A DNA stretch of 64,000 bases from Octopus vulgaris (lineage: Eukaryota): the NCBI GenBank assembly GCA_951406725.2, contig OX597831.1, positions 47,554,001-47,618,000 of the forward strand, written 5' to 3'. This document shows, in pieces, positions 1 through 13,677 of the stretch. The first letter of the stretch is position 1, and each line of letters begins with the position of its first letter. A model generated the notes under the pieces. That model had not been told where the DNA came from, searched no databases, and worked only from the letters and a program-made list of their open reading frames with translations. The position numbers and the translations under genes are program-made.

Positions 1-1020
1 ATTTGCCATTATTGTAGTTTCAAGTGTTGTTATTGTTGTTCATGGTGATGTTGTTACTGTTTATTTTTTGTATTGTGTGTGTATGTTTGTGTATGTATGT
101 ATCTATTTCTGTGTGCATATGTGATTCTGTGTGCATATAGGTATGTGTATGTGTGTACAAATGAGCATGGATACTCGTGTGTGTGTGTGTGTACATGTGT
201 GTCTGCATATGTGCCTATGTGTACATATGCATGTGTTTATGAGTGCACCAATGCATGTATATGTGTACGTGTGTGGTTGTGTGAGTATGTGTGTGCCTGT
301 TCATGTGTGTGCGTGTGTGTGTTTGTGAATGTGTATGATGTATATGTACGTTGTCTGTGTGTGTATTTGTGTCTTGATGCACATGTATGTATATATGTGC
401 ATGTGTGTGAGTGCATGTATGTGTCGTGTGTGTGTGTGTGTATGCATGATACATGCATGTGTGTATCTATATGTGCATGTATGAAGGCTTGTGGCTTAGT
501 GATTAAAGTGTTCAGATCACAATCATAATGTCATGAGTTCAATACCCAAGCGGCACACTGTGTCCTTGAGCAAGACTCTTTATTTCACCCTACTCCAGTC
601 TACTCAGCAGGCAAAAATGAGCAGTACCTGTATTTCAAAGAGCCCTTTTGTTACATTTTCTGTCGCACTTAAATCTCCCTGACAACTACATTAAGGGCAC
701 ATGCATCTGTGGAGTGTTTAGCCACTTCATCATCATCATCATCATCATCATCATTTAACATCTGCTCTCCATCATGGCATCGGTTAGACAGTTTGACTGG
801 AGCCGATGAGCTGGAGAGCTGCACCAGCTTTGGAATGGTTTCTACTGCTGGATGCTCTTCCTAATGCCACCTACACTCCTGGAGTGGTTAGCGTTAGGAT
901 GGGCATCCAGCTGTAGAAACCATGCCAAATCTGACAGGAACTTGGTGTAGCTCTCCAGCTCATTAGCACCAGTCAATCCGTCTAACCCATGCCAATGCCA
1001 ACATGGATAACAGACGTTAA

Positions 1021-1052
<32 letters not shown>

Positions 1053-1198
1053 GATGATGATAATGAAATTACTGAGCATTCCACAGACCCATGTACCCTT
1101 AATGTAGTTCTTAGGGAGATTCAATGTGACAGAGAATTTGCACATTGATTTCACGAACAGGCTGTTCTGTTGAGCGAATCAACTGGAACCTTTATCAC

Positions 1199-1256
<58 letters not shown>

Positions 1257-1496
1257 GTTTACCATCCACTTTCCATGCTAGCATGGGTTGGACGATTTGA
1301 CTGAGAACTGGCTTTAAGGGTATTACAAAAGGTCTGTTTGGAGGCCCAACCGTCCAAGTTCTTTTATAGGGCTTGGAAAAACTGAAGGACCATTGCAATA
1401 TGAGTGGGAATCTGAGAGGGGAATATCTTGAATAAAATCATAATTAGCTGATCCTCCTGTATTTTCTTTTGCCCAAACTTACAGCACCCCTCATAT

Positions 1497-1561
<65 letters not shown>

Positions 1562-1564
<3 letters not shown>

Positions 1565-1938
1565 TTAAAATTAAAATTAAAATGAGGGTGAAAAATTGAA
1601 TATTAATTTGATAACATCAATTTAACACCAATGGTCTAGCATATTAAAAACTGAGGGTTCAGTAAATTGTATTACATACAATTAGAGGGATGACAACTAT
1701 GTGTACAACCCTAATGCTAGAAGTAGATCCGCTATGGTCTTACCACTAAGAAATGTTCTCTAGAAAATTTAGCAAATATTGTTTATGATTAAACTATATT
1801 TTTGTTACTTTCATTTGTCTTGCTCATTACGTTCTGGTGTTTGCTAAATTTTCTAGAGAATATTTCTTAGTGGTAAGACCATAGCGGAACTTCTTCTAGC
1901 ATTAGGGTTGTCCACATAGCGGTGGTCATCCCTCTAAT
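1562..1938 (-). mobile_element. Truncated PLE-type element with an inverted 5' arm; second copy at 6225-6433
   Basis: ~94-bp inverted arms at 1681-1775 and 1840-1938. The 3' end next to (CA)n resembles the 3' end of the 32.4 kb element (ttggtg..aattgat…caaattaat…tttcaccct). Confidence 0.7.
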
Positions 1939-1953
1939 ATGTATGGTGGGGGG

Positions 1954-2165
1954 AGGGGGTACTGAAAAGTTCTTGGCTTTAAGGGTATCGTGAAAGGCCT
2001 ATTGGAGGATCAAACTTCCAAGTTCTTAGAAAAACCGAAGGACCGCTGCAATATGTATGTGAATCTGAGAGGGGAATATTTTGAATAAAATCATAATTAA
2101 AAGAAAACGCGGGATCCTCCTGCATTTTCTTTTACCCAAAGCCAGGAACTATTCAGCACTTGCTT
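1954..2165. mobile_element. Mariner-derived MITE; partial second copy at 1311-1495
   Basis: TIR-like ends gagggggtactgaaaagttcttggcttt and aaagccaggaactattcagcac. The interior keeps a transposase C-terminus (…NLRGEYxE*). Confidence 0.7.
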
Positions 2166-2371
2166 TTGTATGGGTGTACATGTGTGCCTGTGTATACAGG
2201 TATGTGCATGTATGTCTATGCTTGCATAAATCTGTGCATGTATATGTGAATGCTTGACATCTGTGTGTGGCTAAGTTTTCTTGTGTATAAAAATGTTTGT
2301 GGGGAAGGCAACAGTGTATGGTTGTATGTATGCGTTTGAGTCTCCATATGTATGTATTTATGTTTGTATGC

Positions 2372-3150
2372 CATTGTTCAGTTTTATTTCAAGGTTTCTT
2401 GCCAATAGAGAAAAAGCTGGTTTCTAACTTAGATCCAAGACTCCTTCATTGGAATTTCAACATCAACAACAGGGTATTTTGGTTTGTATGTATGTATGTA
2501 TGTATGCAGATTTGCATGTTTTGCTTTATGTATGTATTCTCATTCATATAGCTACATATCTAGAGATGCTCATATATATTTAAATGAGAAACTTCTGGAA
2601 AGTTGTACAGACTTTTACAGTTCCAGTGAATTATCTTTCTCCTTTCTGATTTTGAGAAACCAAATTTCTCAAGATTGGTATTTAGGCAGTGTGTTATATA
2701 TTCCAGGGCCCCAATAATTACAGGTATAAACCTTAACTTGTAATCTGGATAGAGCAACTTTGATCTGTAGTCTTCTAATCAGCTTTCTCTTTTCTGATTT
2801 TGAGAAGCCTAATTTCTCAAGATGGTATTTAGGCAGTGTGTTACATATCCCAGTACCCCAATAATTACAGGTATAAACCTGAACTTGTAATCTAGATAGA
2901 GTAGCTGTAGATTCCTCAATAGTTCAGTTTAGGTATTTCATTTTTCACTGATCTTCAACTTTATGTTAACATCTGCCAGGCATATGATTTCCACAATTGT
3001 ACACAGTTTCTTTTCTCTGTCCCAAATTACTATGTCAGATCTATCATGTTTACATTTTATTGAGGTTTTTACTGGGACATTCCACCAGTACTCCTTTTTA
3101 TTATGAGTGGTTATGGCTTCTACCATATTGTAGGTTCTTATTTCTTTGGC
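2372..3150 (-). mobile_element. 3' fragment of an R4/Dong-like non-LTR retrotransposon (restriction-like endonuclease), with an internal tandem duplication
   Basis: YWWNVPVKTSIKCKHDRSDIVIWDREKKLCTIVEIICLAD fits the RPD…E motif. FIPVIIGALxYxT occurs twice. Flanked by (TATG)n. Confidence 0.8.
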
Positions 3151-3495
3151 GTATGTATGTATGTATGTATGTATGTATGTATGTATGTATGTATGTATGT
3201 ATGTATGTATGTATGTATGTATGTATGTATGTATGTATGCATGCATGCATGCATGTATGTATGTATGTATGTATGTATGTATTATTTTTCTTTGTGTTTA
3301 ACTTAAGTTCTTCTTGAGAGAGTTGAAGCTGGTCACTAACAAAGCGACATGGATCTAATAAATGTAGTTCAGAGAACAGAATAAATGTAGTTCAATTATG
3401 TTGTTCAGAGCATGCTATGTGTAGAAAGGAAAAAAATGTAATTTGCACAAGATTTTAAGAGAGAGAGAGAGGTTGTATGAGAAAGATAGATAAAT

Positions 3496-3532
<37 letters not shown>

Positions 3533-4300
3533 GAGAAAGACAAAGAGAGAGAAAAAGAAAGAGATTCATTTTGAAAAACAGCTGGTATTGTTTTTGAATA
3601 CATTTTATCTAGGTATTTTATATTCATTGATCTAGTTGTTGCTTTATTTAAAAATGAACTTCTTTTACTAAATCAGGAATTGATCTCTTTGCAATCATTA
3701 AAAAAAAAAAAGAGTGAAGTAGAATTTTGCTTCAGTAATGTTATGTCTAGAAAGAAAAGAGTCAGATGGTTATAGCAGAAGAGCTTTTGATCATAAATCT
3801 CTCTCTCTCTCTCTCTCTCTCAGTTAGATCTTGGCTGACTTGTGGACTAAACAGCAAACCTTTCTCGGGTAAATTATAATATTGATTTTTAACATTAACA
3901 CAAGGTCATACATTTCAGTCAGGATGAATAAACTAATGGTGGTGAAGTCTGTGATATGCCATGGGGTCTTAGGTGACATACTATGGACTTTGAAGAAAAA
4001 AAAAAAAATTCTCTGTAATAATATCCATCCAGCTGTCTTCATACCCAACTATTTTTTAGAGTAGCGATTCTCAGCTGGGGATCCCTGGAACTCTAGGGTT
4101 CTGCAAAAGGTTCCTAGGGGTTCTGTGAGAAAGAGTGAGATAAGGTAATGCTAAGTTCATGATCATATTATTACTATACATGCACAACATATTATTGGTT
4201 ATTGTAATATTGACATCAGTCTCACTAACCTATTATGTCATAAAAAAATATGAAAAAAATATATTCCTTTCACATAAGGTACTTGCAAAATGAATTGATG

Positions 4301-4358
<58 letters not shown>

Positions 4359-4377
4359 GTATATATATGTATGTATG

Positions 4378-4427
<50 letters not shown>

Positions 4428-4982
4428 CATCAATTCATTTTGCAAGTACCTAGCATATATGAGTTGAAACAAATTGTTGGATTTATATTTATTTTAATTA
4501 TTTATTTTATTATATTTTTCAATATCATATCATATTATAATGTAAATAAATTTTTAGTATGTCACTTTACTCTCTTTTATTCTTTTACTTGTTTCAGACA
4601 TTTGACTGCAGCCATGCTGGAGCACCACCTTTAGTTGAGCAAATTGACCCCAGGACTTATTCTTTGTAAGCCTAGTACTTATTCTATCGGTCGCTTTTGC
4701 CAAACTGCTATGTTACGGGGACGTAAACACACCACCATCGGCTGTCAAATGATGTTGGGGGACAGACACTGGCACATAAACACACACACACACACATATA
4801 TATATACATATACACATATATATCGGGCTTCTTTCAGTTTCTGTCTACCAAATCCACTTACAAGGCTTTGGTCAGCCTGAGGCTATAATATAAGGCACTT
4901 ACCCAAGGTGCCATGCAGTGGGACTGAACCTGGAACCATGTGGTTAGTAAGCAAGCTACTTACCACATAGCCATTCCTGCGC

Positions 4983-5197
4983 TTTTCCCTATTTCTTTAT
5001 ATACGTTGCCATGTTTGACCACTAAATCCACAAGCTTTTTATTCTCACTCTGTTTATTTTCTCTTATTCTTTTCTGTTGAAGAGTTTAGGCTTGAAATGT
5101 AAAAGACTTTCTCACTTTCCCAAGCACCAAGCTAATACGCTTGTTTGTTATTCATACATCTATCTTTGTCTTTTGATTTTCTGTAAATTTCAACTAT
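4983..5197 (+). mobile_element. Solo pLTR of the same PLE family, with a degenerate hammerhead at 5068-5106
   Basis: Colinear with 13606-13811 (cgccatgtt…ctgttgaagag..aggc..gaaa.gt.aaagact…ctaatac…gtcttttg…) and ends at (TA)n. Confidence 0.8.
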
Positions 5198-5975
5198 ATA
5201 TTTCTATCAATATATGTATATCTATCTATCAACACACATATATATATATATATGCATATATATATATATATATATATGTACATACATATATATATATATA
5301 CATGCATATATATAGATACATACATATATATGTATATGTATATATATGTGTGTGTATATATATGCATGTATATATATACACATATATACATACACATATA
5401 TATACACACACACATATATATATATACAAATGGACACACACACACACATATATATACACACACATATACATACATATATATATGTATACACACATACATA
5501 TGTATATGTATATATACATATATATGTGTATGTGTGTGTGTGTATACACACACACACACACACTCACACACATATGAAATCTTCAAGTGAAGAAGAACGA
5601 TTTCATGCTTTCCATAATGTCAAAATATCTATTCTGATAAACAACCTATTGACTTGGCACCATCTTCAATATTCTGATCTCCTGATGTGGATAATTTTAC
5701 TTCTCAGAATGAATATCATTTAACCTACTCTTTGTTATTCTGAAACCAGCTTCAAAGCTTCAACAGGAGCTGAAGCTATCAGATAAAAAGAATTACATCG
5801 TTATGTTAACAAGAATACTGTCTGGGTATAATGGTATGATCTATATTCCAAGGAATTCGAAAAACATTTTCTTGAATCAATCCATATTTACCCTTACTGT
5901 AACTTGTATCAGTAAAATAAAATCAACATCTCTTGAAATTTTATGCACATACACATGCATGCACGCACACACACG

Positions 5976-6110
<135 letters not shown>

Positions 6111-6699
6111 TAACATGTATAAACTCTCTCTCTCTTTATCTTTTCCCTTCTTAATGATATGTGTATGTGTCTGTCTGTGTGTGTATATATATATTTATAT
6201 GTAAGTATATATCTATATCTATATTTAAAATTATAGGGGTGAAAAATTGAATATTAATTTGATTAACATCAATTTAAAACCAGTTGTCTAGCATATTAAA
6301 ATCTGGAGATTCAGAAAAATTATATTACATACATATAAGAGGGGGTGACCACTACGTGGACATCCATTATGCTAGAAGTATATCTGCTATGGTCTTACTA
6401 CTAAGAGAGGAATGTTCTCAAGAAAATTTAGCAAGTCATATATACATACATCACACACACACACACACACACACACATACATACTGTTATATATATGTGG
6501 GTTTGTGTATTGTTTTTATCTCAGGGGAGTCATTGTACCTATAAGAAACATAATACTTCCTTTGTAATCATTAGTCAATTTGTCAACATTTAACCAATTA
6601 ACTAATTGACTGTTTGATCTCCCCATTTGTTCAATCACACAATCAAGTTCAGAATTGCACAAAAGACAAAATAAATAAATAAAATATAATAATAATAAA

Positions 6700-6832
6700 A
6701 CCAACAAAAAACAAAAGACAGTGTCAGGTGAGGGTACAATCATCTCTGAAGAAGAACATAGTCTTGAAACATCAAAAACTCTTCCATTTTTTTTCCTGAG
6801 CTTCAAACTAGTACACCTTTTTTGTTGTTCCC
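6700..6832 (+). mobile_element. Old pLTR copy of the same family, with an inverted 5' arm and a decayed hammerhead (CTGAAGA at 6746)
   Basis: ctgaaga-a-gaac(atag)tctt-gaaa-cat-c, followed by ttcctgagc..aactagtaca matching 13732-13754. The reverse complement of 6700-6740 resembles the pLTR 3' end. Confidence 0.55.
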
Positions 6833-7093
6833 TAACAACAACAACAACAATAACAACAACAACAGCAGAAACAACAACAAGAAGAGCAACAAATAAATTT
6901 CATAATTTACCTGTATCCTCCTAAATACAGTTTGATAGCTAAAAAATCAATATAAAAATCAAATACAATCCAGTGGAGTGGGAAGCCAGGGAAGTTTTGT
7001 AATAAATATTTGAGTTGTCGGAAACATGTTGCTTCTATGGTTGGCGGAGGAAGTGTTTAAATATTTCACTTCTGTTGATTACTTAATGAATGG

Positions 7094-7217
7094 TTAAATA
7101 GTTTGGGGGATTATTTCAACTTCAGTTTCCTCTTTGCCTGCACCTGTTTCTGGTACCGATTCCGATTCTGTAATTGAACTTCCATCTGACACCTGTGTCT
7201 GCAGATATCCATGCATG
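7094..7217 (-). CDS. Candidate terminal coding exon of an unidentified host gene
   Basis: Acceptor tatttatatgtag, then an open frame [40 protein letters not shown] in non-repetitive sequence. No homology recognised. Confidence 0.3.
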
Positions 7218-7270
7218 CTACATATAAATACATACATACATATATGCACACACATCTATCTATCTATCTG

Positions 7271-7365
<95 letters not shown>

Positions 7366-7452
7366 GTCTGCCTGTCTGTCTATCTATCTATCACTTTTTC
7401 TATCTATCTGTTTATCGATCTATGTATTTATTTTTCTATTTGTCTGCTAGAA

Positions 7453-7518
<66 letters not shown>

Positions 7519-7581
7519 AGTATCTATGTCTGTCTGTCTGTCAATATGTCTATGTATCTATTTTTCTATCTGTCAGTCAGA

Positions 7582-7619
<38 letters not shown>

Positions 7620-7622
7620 CTA

Positions 7623-7724
<102 letters not shown>

Positions 7725-7856
7725 ACATGCACACACATAGACACACAACAGTAGCTCCAAAATCTATCTCACTCATGGGCAACCTGCAGCCCATAGGACT
7801 TTCTGAATGACAGGCATAGTGAAAAATTACTTTGAATTTTTTTTTACTACACTAAG

Positions 7857-8106
7857 AGTTGCTGAAGTATGGAACAAACTGCTGGCATCAGTTGTTAGTT
7901 GCCGGAGCACTGCATCCTTCAAAACTTCCATGCTTCCTGAGATTCGCCAACACTACACCTGATTTTCTCCCCTCCATACACACGCAAGCATGTATCTGAC
8001 TCATATACTGTTTACTTTCCAGACATTTGTACATTATTGCATATGGTTTATATGCACTTTTGACAAGTTGTGGTACACCTGAGCACTGTATACAATAATT
8101 TCATTA
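7857..8106 (+). mobile_element. CR1/L2-like LINE 3' terminus
   Basis: RVAEVWNKLLASVVSCRSTASFK resembles the WNxLPxxVVxxxSxxSFK motif, followed by a 3' UTR. Confidence 0.6.
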
Positions 8107-8852
8107 CATATGCAAGACTTTTCTCAAGTTTAAAATGTAACATTGTTTTCCTTATCTACATTCCAAAGATGGAGCTATGTATCTTTGTTGGAAACCAGCT
8201 CCTTCTTCAGAGGAAGAATTTAAATAATTTAAAACAGAAGTGAACCATACATACATACTCACACGTGCATACACACACAAATGCACAAAAGCAAACACAG
8301 ACAGACAGACACACACACACACACGCACACACACACACATGTACACATACATACATACATACATACATACATACATACACGCACACATAAGAAAAATGTT
8401 GAATTCCAGTCAGCATAAATCTTCTAATAGATTTGAGCCATTAGTAAATGTGCTTTTGTTGTTCATAAACTTACCTTTAAATAATAACCTCCATTTAACA
8501 TTTATATATTTGTGCACAGGCACATATGTATGTATATATGTTTGGATATATGTATGTGAGTGTATATAGCACATATGCTCACACACACAAATGTACATAC
8601 ATTCATACACACACACACACTCATATAACTGTGTTAGTTCATTCAAAGAAATAGTCATATATCTAAAAAAAAAATAACACAATACTACTTTAGAATGAAG
8701 TGGAGTGATATATTAAATTTTATTTTGGATGAAAGTTAAATAATCTGTGATAAATATCTTTCATTCCATATTGAGAATCAATGATTCCAAACAAACTTTC
8801 AGAAAAATGTATGGACTGGCTGTGAAGTGAAGAAGACTTGAATATGTGGAGA

Positions 8853-8932
<80 letters not shown>

Positions 8933-8956
8933 TAAGTCTCATACATATATATATAA

Positions 8957-9044
<88 letters not shown>

Positions 9045-10164
9045 ACATTTTTTTAATTGGGTGTCATGAATATAAAAATCACATTGCTATTTAAATAAGA
9101 TATCATGCCTTATATACAAACCTTCATCATCATCATCAACAGCAGCAGCAGCATCAACATACTTTTACATCTGCCTTCCATGCTAATATGGACTAGGTGG
9201 CTCATTACAGCCTGGTTACTTCCTGATGGGAAGGGAGCTACTGATCCAAAATCTATCTCGGAATGACTACCTAATGAAAAATTACCGTGAATTTTTTTTT
9301 ACTAGTGTGGTCTGTCTGATGATGAGCTATGTCTCATGTGGCCCACTTCTCAAAAAGGGTTGCCCATTCCTGCTCTATACAATTTCATACATGTCATTTG
9401 GCTTGGTTTCTACAAACGGTGGCTCTTCCTAAATCCAGCCACTTTTCAGAATGTACTTGGTGCATTTTCCTGTTATACCAACACTAGATAGGTTAAATAG
9501 TCTTTAGGGAGAGAGGACTTGAGGAATACCATAACTCCTCCCTCTCTCTATTTGAACAGTCAACAACTTTATAATGTGAACAGTAGAGGGAACAATAACA
9601 ACAGAAAGGCCAGAGATGGGTATTTGAAAGAGTGAAAGAGAGCAATGACAACAGAAAGACTAGAATGGATGGGAGAACAGAAGGAACAGGAGTATGATGA
9701 GAGGAAAATGGGGATATTTAGGGGTCGTATCAGGAGGTGAGTGACTTGGAATGGTAGAGGTAGCCAAAGGTAAAGGTCAGTGCAAAAAAAGAATGAGGGG
9801 AAAAGGCAATGCTATTTGGGTGAAGTAGGGATTGAAAGGTGAGTAGTTGGGCAATAGCAGAGGTGGGTGATAGGATAACAGAGTTAGTAGATGAGGAGGT
9901 AGTTATAGGTCAGAAGAGAGATAGAGTTAGCTGAGAGATATAATTCAATTATCAAAAAAAAGTTTTGGAGCGTGTTTTATTTCACCAGGTTGAGTGGTTA
10001 AGAAGTTTGCACTTTAGCCATGTGTTTTCTGCTATAACTTTGTGCTGGCCAAAGACCTATGGGTAGATTTGGTAGCAGAAACTGAAAGAAGCCTGTCATA
10101 TACATACATACATATATATATATAGCCAAGGCCAAAGGGAGATAATCATTTACCTATCTGGTGC

Positions 10165-10600
10165 TTGGGTGACTGCAAGATAGCAGCAGAGCTGAAGATC
10201 GGTGGACAATGGCTAAGGGAGATAATCAACTTTGAAACGAGGCATTTCACTAACTCCCATAGGTATAGACCCATATTCAACAGGCACAACATTAGGGTCT
10301 CATCTAGCGGTATCCCCAAAAGGGCGGCGAGCTGGCAGAATCGTTAGCACGCCGGGCGAAATGCGTAGCCGTATTTCGTCTGCCGTTACATTCTGAGTTC
10401 AAATTCCACCGAGGTTGACATTGCCTTTCATCCTTTCGGGGTCGATAAATTGAGTACCAGTTACGCACTGGAGGTCGATGTAATTGACTTAATCCGTTTG
10501 TCTGTCCTTGTTTGTCCCCTCTATGTTTAGCTCCTTGTGGGTAGTAAAGAAATAGGTATCCCCAACTGTAAGAGCATCCTAGTTAGTGCCCCTAGGACAC
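10165..10600 (+). pseudogene. Fragment of a second PLE lineage (RT thumb region), interrupted by a SINE
   Basis: KIGGQWLREII…HFTNSHRYRPIFNRHNIRVSSSGIP|NCKSIL resembles the PLE motif IGxxFLxLIDKHFPxxHKLHKIFNRNTVKVSYSCMPN. The frame resumes after the SINE TSD. Confidence 0.6.
10320..10554 (+). mobile_element. SINE family B (tRNA head plus Deu/Nin-like domain), representative copy
   Basis: GGCGGCGAGCTGGCAGAATCG…GAGTTCAAATTCC…GCCTTTCATCCTTTCGGGGTCGATAAATTGAGTACCAG, with 11-bp TSD GGTATCCCCAA. Other copies: 18010-18225(-), 18438-19067(-), 24281-24524, 24670-24880, 38739-38952(-), 38971-39182(-), 40187-40915, 47675-47893(-), 56444-56676(-). Confidence 0.85.
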
Positions 10601-11473
10601 AGAAAGAGGTGGGTTAGTCATGCAGGATTCAAAGCAGTTGCCCGGTAGGGGGCCACTGTGAAACCAAAGGGGTCGTATATCAAGGTTCTAACATGACATG
10701 CTGGAAGAAACAATAACAGCTGTAGACATGAGAACAGAGTCAATAACACAGCCACCATCGCCACCACTGCCACCATGGACAGTAGCATCGCTAACGACAA
10801 CAGCAGCAGCATCACCAACAGCACCAACATCACCACCATTGCCAGCCTCACTAATAATTCCCCCCCCCCGATGTCCACGATGCCAGACCTATTAACCACT
10901 GTCCCTCTGCTTCTACTTCTCTCTCTTCTCCTCCCACGTGACTGGCGTTCAGCCAAGCCTGTTCTTTCTTTCTTGGTCTGGCCATTGTCCGTGCAACATC
11001 AATATTCCTCCCTGTGTTTGGGAAATCTTGTATCCCTGCCATATGGCTTCACTTTCACACATACCAGCTTAATTCAATTCGTCCTTAGTCAAAAGACACC
11101 TGTTGTTATGTCCTGTTATTATTTTTATTGTATTTGAGTAACATTGTCCATTTTTTTCTGTCCTTGTTTTTTTATACATTCGCTGCTTTCTTCCAAGGAA
11201 TCTAATGCTCTTATCTTAGTTTTTCCTTGGTGCTGGCCAGATTGGAGCAATCTCAAATATAATCAGCCAAGATAATCTGGTACTTGACTGAGGAAAGAAA
11301 ACTTCTAATGACCCATCCTTGATTTCTTGTATCATCCATCTGGATGCTTTGTTGTCCCATTTTTGTATCATCTAACTGTCCGGATGTTTTTGTATTCTTG
11401 TCCCATTTTCTTTATATATATATATATATATATATAGTGGCGTACATGCACTTTGGTCTCTTATATGTAATAT

Positions 11474-11526
<53 letters not shown>

Positions 11527-11803
11527 TATATATATACGCACACACATATATATTCTTTCTTTTAATTTTTTATTTTGTTTTAGCCATTTGACTGTGGCTA
11601 TGCTGAAGCACCGCCTTTAGTTGAGCAAATTGACCCCAGGACTTATTCCTTGTAAGCCTACTACTTATTCCATTTGTCTCTTTTGTTGAATCATTAAGTT
11701 GCAGGAGTGTAAGCACACTAGCATCGGTTGTCAAGCAATGTCAGTAGGACAAACACAGACACACACACACATATATATATATATGCATACATAGATATAT
11801 ATA

Positions 11804-11835
<32 letters not shown>

Positions 11836-11837
<2 letters not shown>

Positions 11838-12838
11838 CGAACATCTAGATTCCTTCCTCTTTTTCGTCCAATCTTTCCATCCAGCCCTCCACTTCACTTC
11901 CACTATCTCCAACACCTCTGTCTCCTTCCTCGACATTTCGGTTAGCATTCTTCACTCCAGTCTTACCACCTCCATTCACTACAAACACACAGACTCACAC
12001 TCATACCTCAACTTCTCTTCCTCCCACCCAGAACACACCAAGCTTTCCATCCCCTATTCCCAATTCCTCCGTCTACGTAGGCTCTGTAGTGACGACCATG
12101 ACTTTGAGACTCAGTCTCAACGTATGGCTCACCACTTCACCCTACGTGGATACCCCCTCACCACTATCCACACCGCCCTTGCCAGAGCACGGTCCGTGGA
12201 CCGTGTATCTGCTCTCTCTCCCCGAACCCGCCCTGTAGTCTCCCGCCTCCCATTTTCCCCTCACTTACCACCCCACGACCCTACGTCTGCAACGCACCAT
12301 TCTTCGAGCTTTCCGTCATCTCCAGTCTGACCCGTCCACTTCACACCTCTTCCCTAACCGACCCCTCCCCTCTTTCAAACGAGCCCACAACCTTCGAGAC
12401 CTTTTGGTCCATAGCTCCTTCCCTGACCCTACCTCCCAACCCGGCTCGTTCCCCTGCTCCCGCCTACGTTGCCGCACTTGCCCTTACCTCTCCAACACCA
12501 CCCGCCTCACTAGCACCCACCATCGACCCTATCCCATCATCCACTCCTTCACCTGCACCTCCGGCAATATTATCTATTGCATCTCTTGCTCTCTCTGCAA
12601 TTCCTTGTACATCGGACAAACGGGACGCCGCTTGGCTGACCGGTTCGCGGAACACCTTCGTGACATCCACCTTGCGAACGACACACTGGTCTCATGCCAT
12701 TTCCGCTCCACCGGTCACTCCTTGCAACACCTATCTGTGTTCGGTTTGTCCTTACACAGAGGCCATCCGGATTCCCGTTTGCGCCGTGAACAGGAATTAA
12801 TCTTCTCTCTTCGCTCTTATACGCCATTTGGTCTCAAC
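11836..12838 (+). pseudogene. PLE reverse transcriptase C-terminus plus GIY-YIG endonuclease, with one frameshift near 12255
   Basis: The frame of ORF 11728-12330 joins the frame of ORF 12404-13186 at the cattttcccc run (…RLPF/PLTYHP…SFKRAHNLRDLLVHS). Endonuclease motifs: CxxxxCxxC, IIYCISCSLCNSLYIGQTGRRLADRFAEH, EQELIFSLRSYTPFGLN. Confidence 0.9.
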
Positions 12839-13677
12839 TCTCCCCCCTCCTCATCTAACCCCCTCTCCCCCTCCTCACCTATCCTTTCTCCCCGACCCCT
12901 ATTTCTTCAGTCCTTCATCCTTTCACCCCTACTCCCCTTCCCTTCTTCCCTCTTTCTCCCTCCCTCTTCCCCTTCCCTCTGCTCCCTCACTCCCTCTCTC
13001 CCCCTCTCCCTCTTTCCTCCTTCATCTCCCTCCTCCCCTTCCTTCTCCCCCATCCTCTCCTCTTCCCCCTTCTCCACCCCTCTCCTTCCCCTCCCCTTCT
13101 CTCCCCCTTCTTCTCCCCCTCCCCCTCTTCTCCTCACTACACCACATGACTTTACACATCACATCACATATGATGTGCCATACTAATACACACACCAACT
13201 AATACATACTAATACGTACTAATACATACTAGTACATACTAATACTTACACCAACCCTATACATACACACGTCCAGACCCCGCATACGCACTTATACTCT
13301 CTCACACACACACACACACACACCTATACATACCAATACGTACTAATACATACTAATACATACTAATACATACACCAACCCCATACATACGCACGTCCAG
13401 ACCAATCCTACGCACTAATACTCTCTCATACACACACACACCCTTATACATACTAATACATACACCAACCCTATACATACACACATCCAGACCCCTCCCA
13501 CGCACTATTAGCTGGTCCCTCAACCCTTTTATCAACCCTATTATCTCCCCTTATTTCGCTCTCGCGTCTCATGTTTGATCTTTGACCTCTGGCCGAAATC
13601 AGATCGCCATGTTGATTCGTTAGCTACTGCACGCATTTTTTTCTCTCCTTCTTTCTGTGTTTTTCTCTCTCTGTGTA

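Noticed and set aside
11288-11320. CTGAGGA-A-AGAA(aac)TTCT
   Set aside because: Not followed by GAAA and a cleavage triplet with stem I.
13185-13510. Spaced repeats resembling a CRISPR array
   Set aside because: An irregular minisatellite in the PLE 3' UTR, without unique spacers, in a eukaryotic context with no cas genes.
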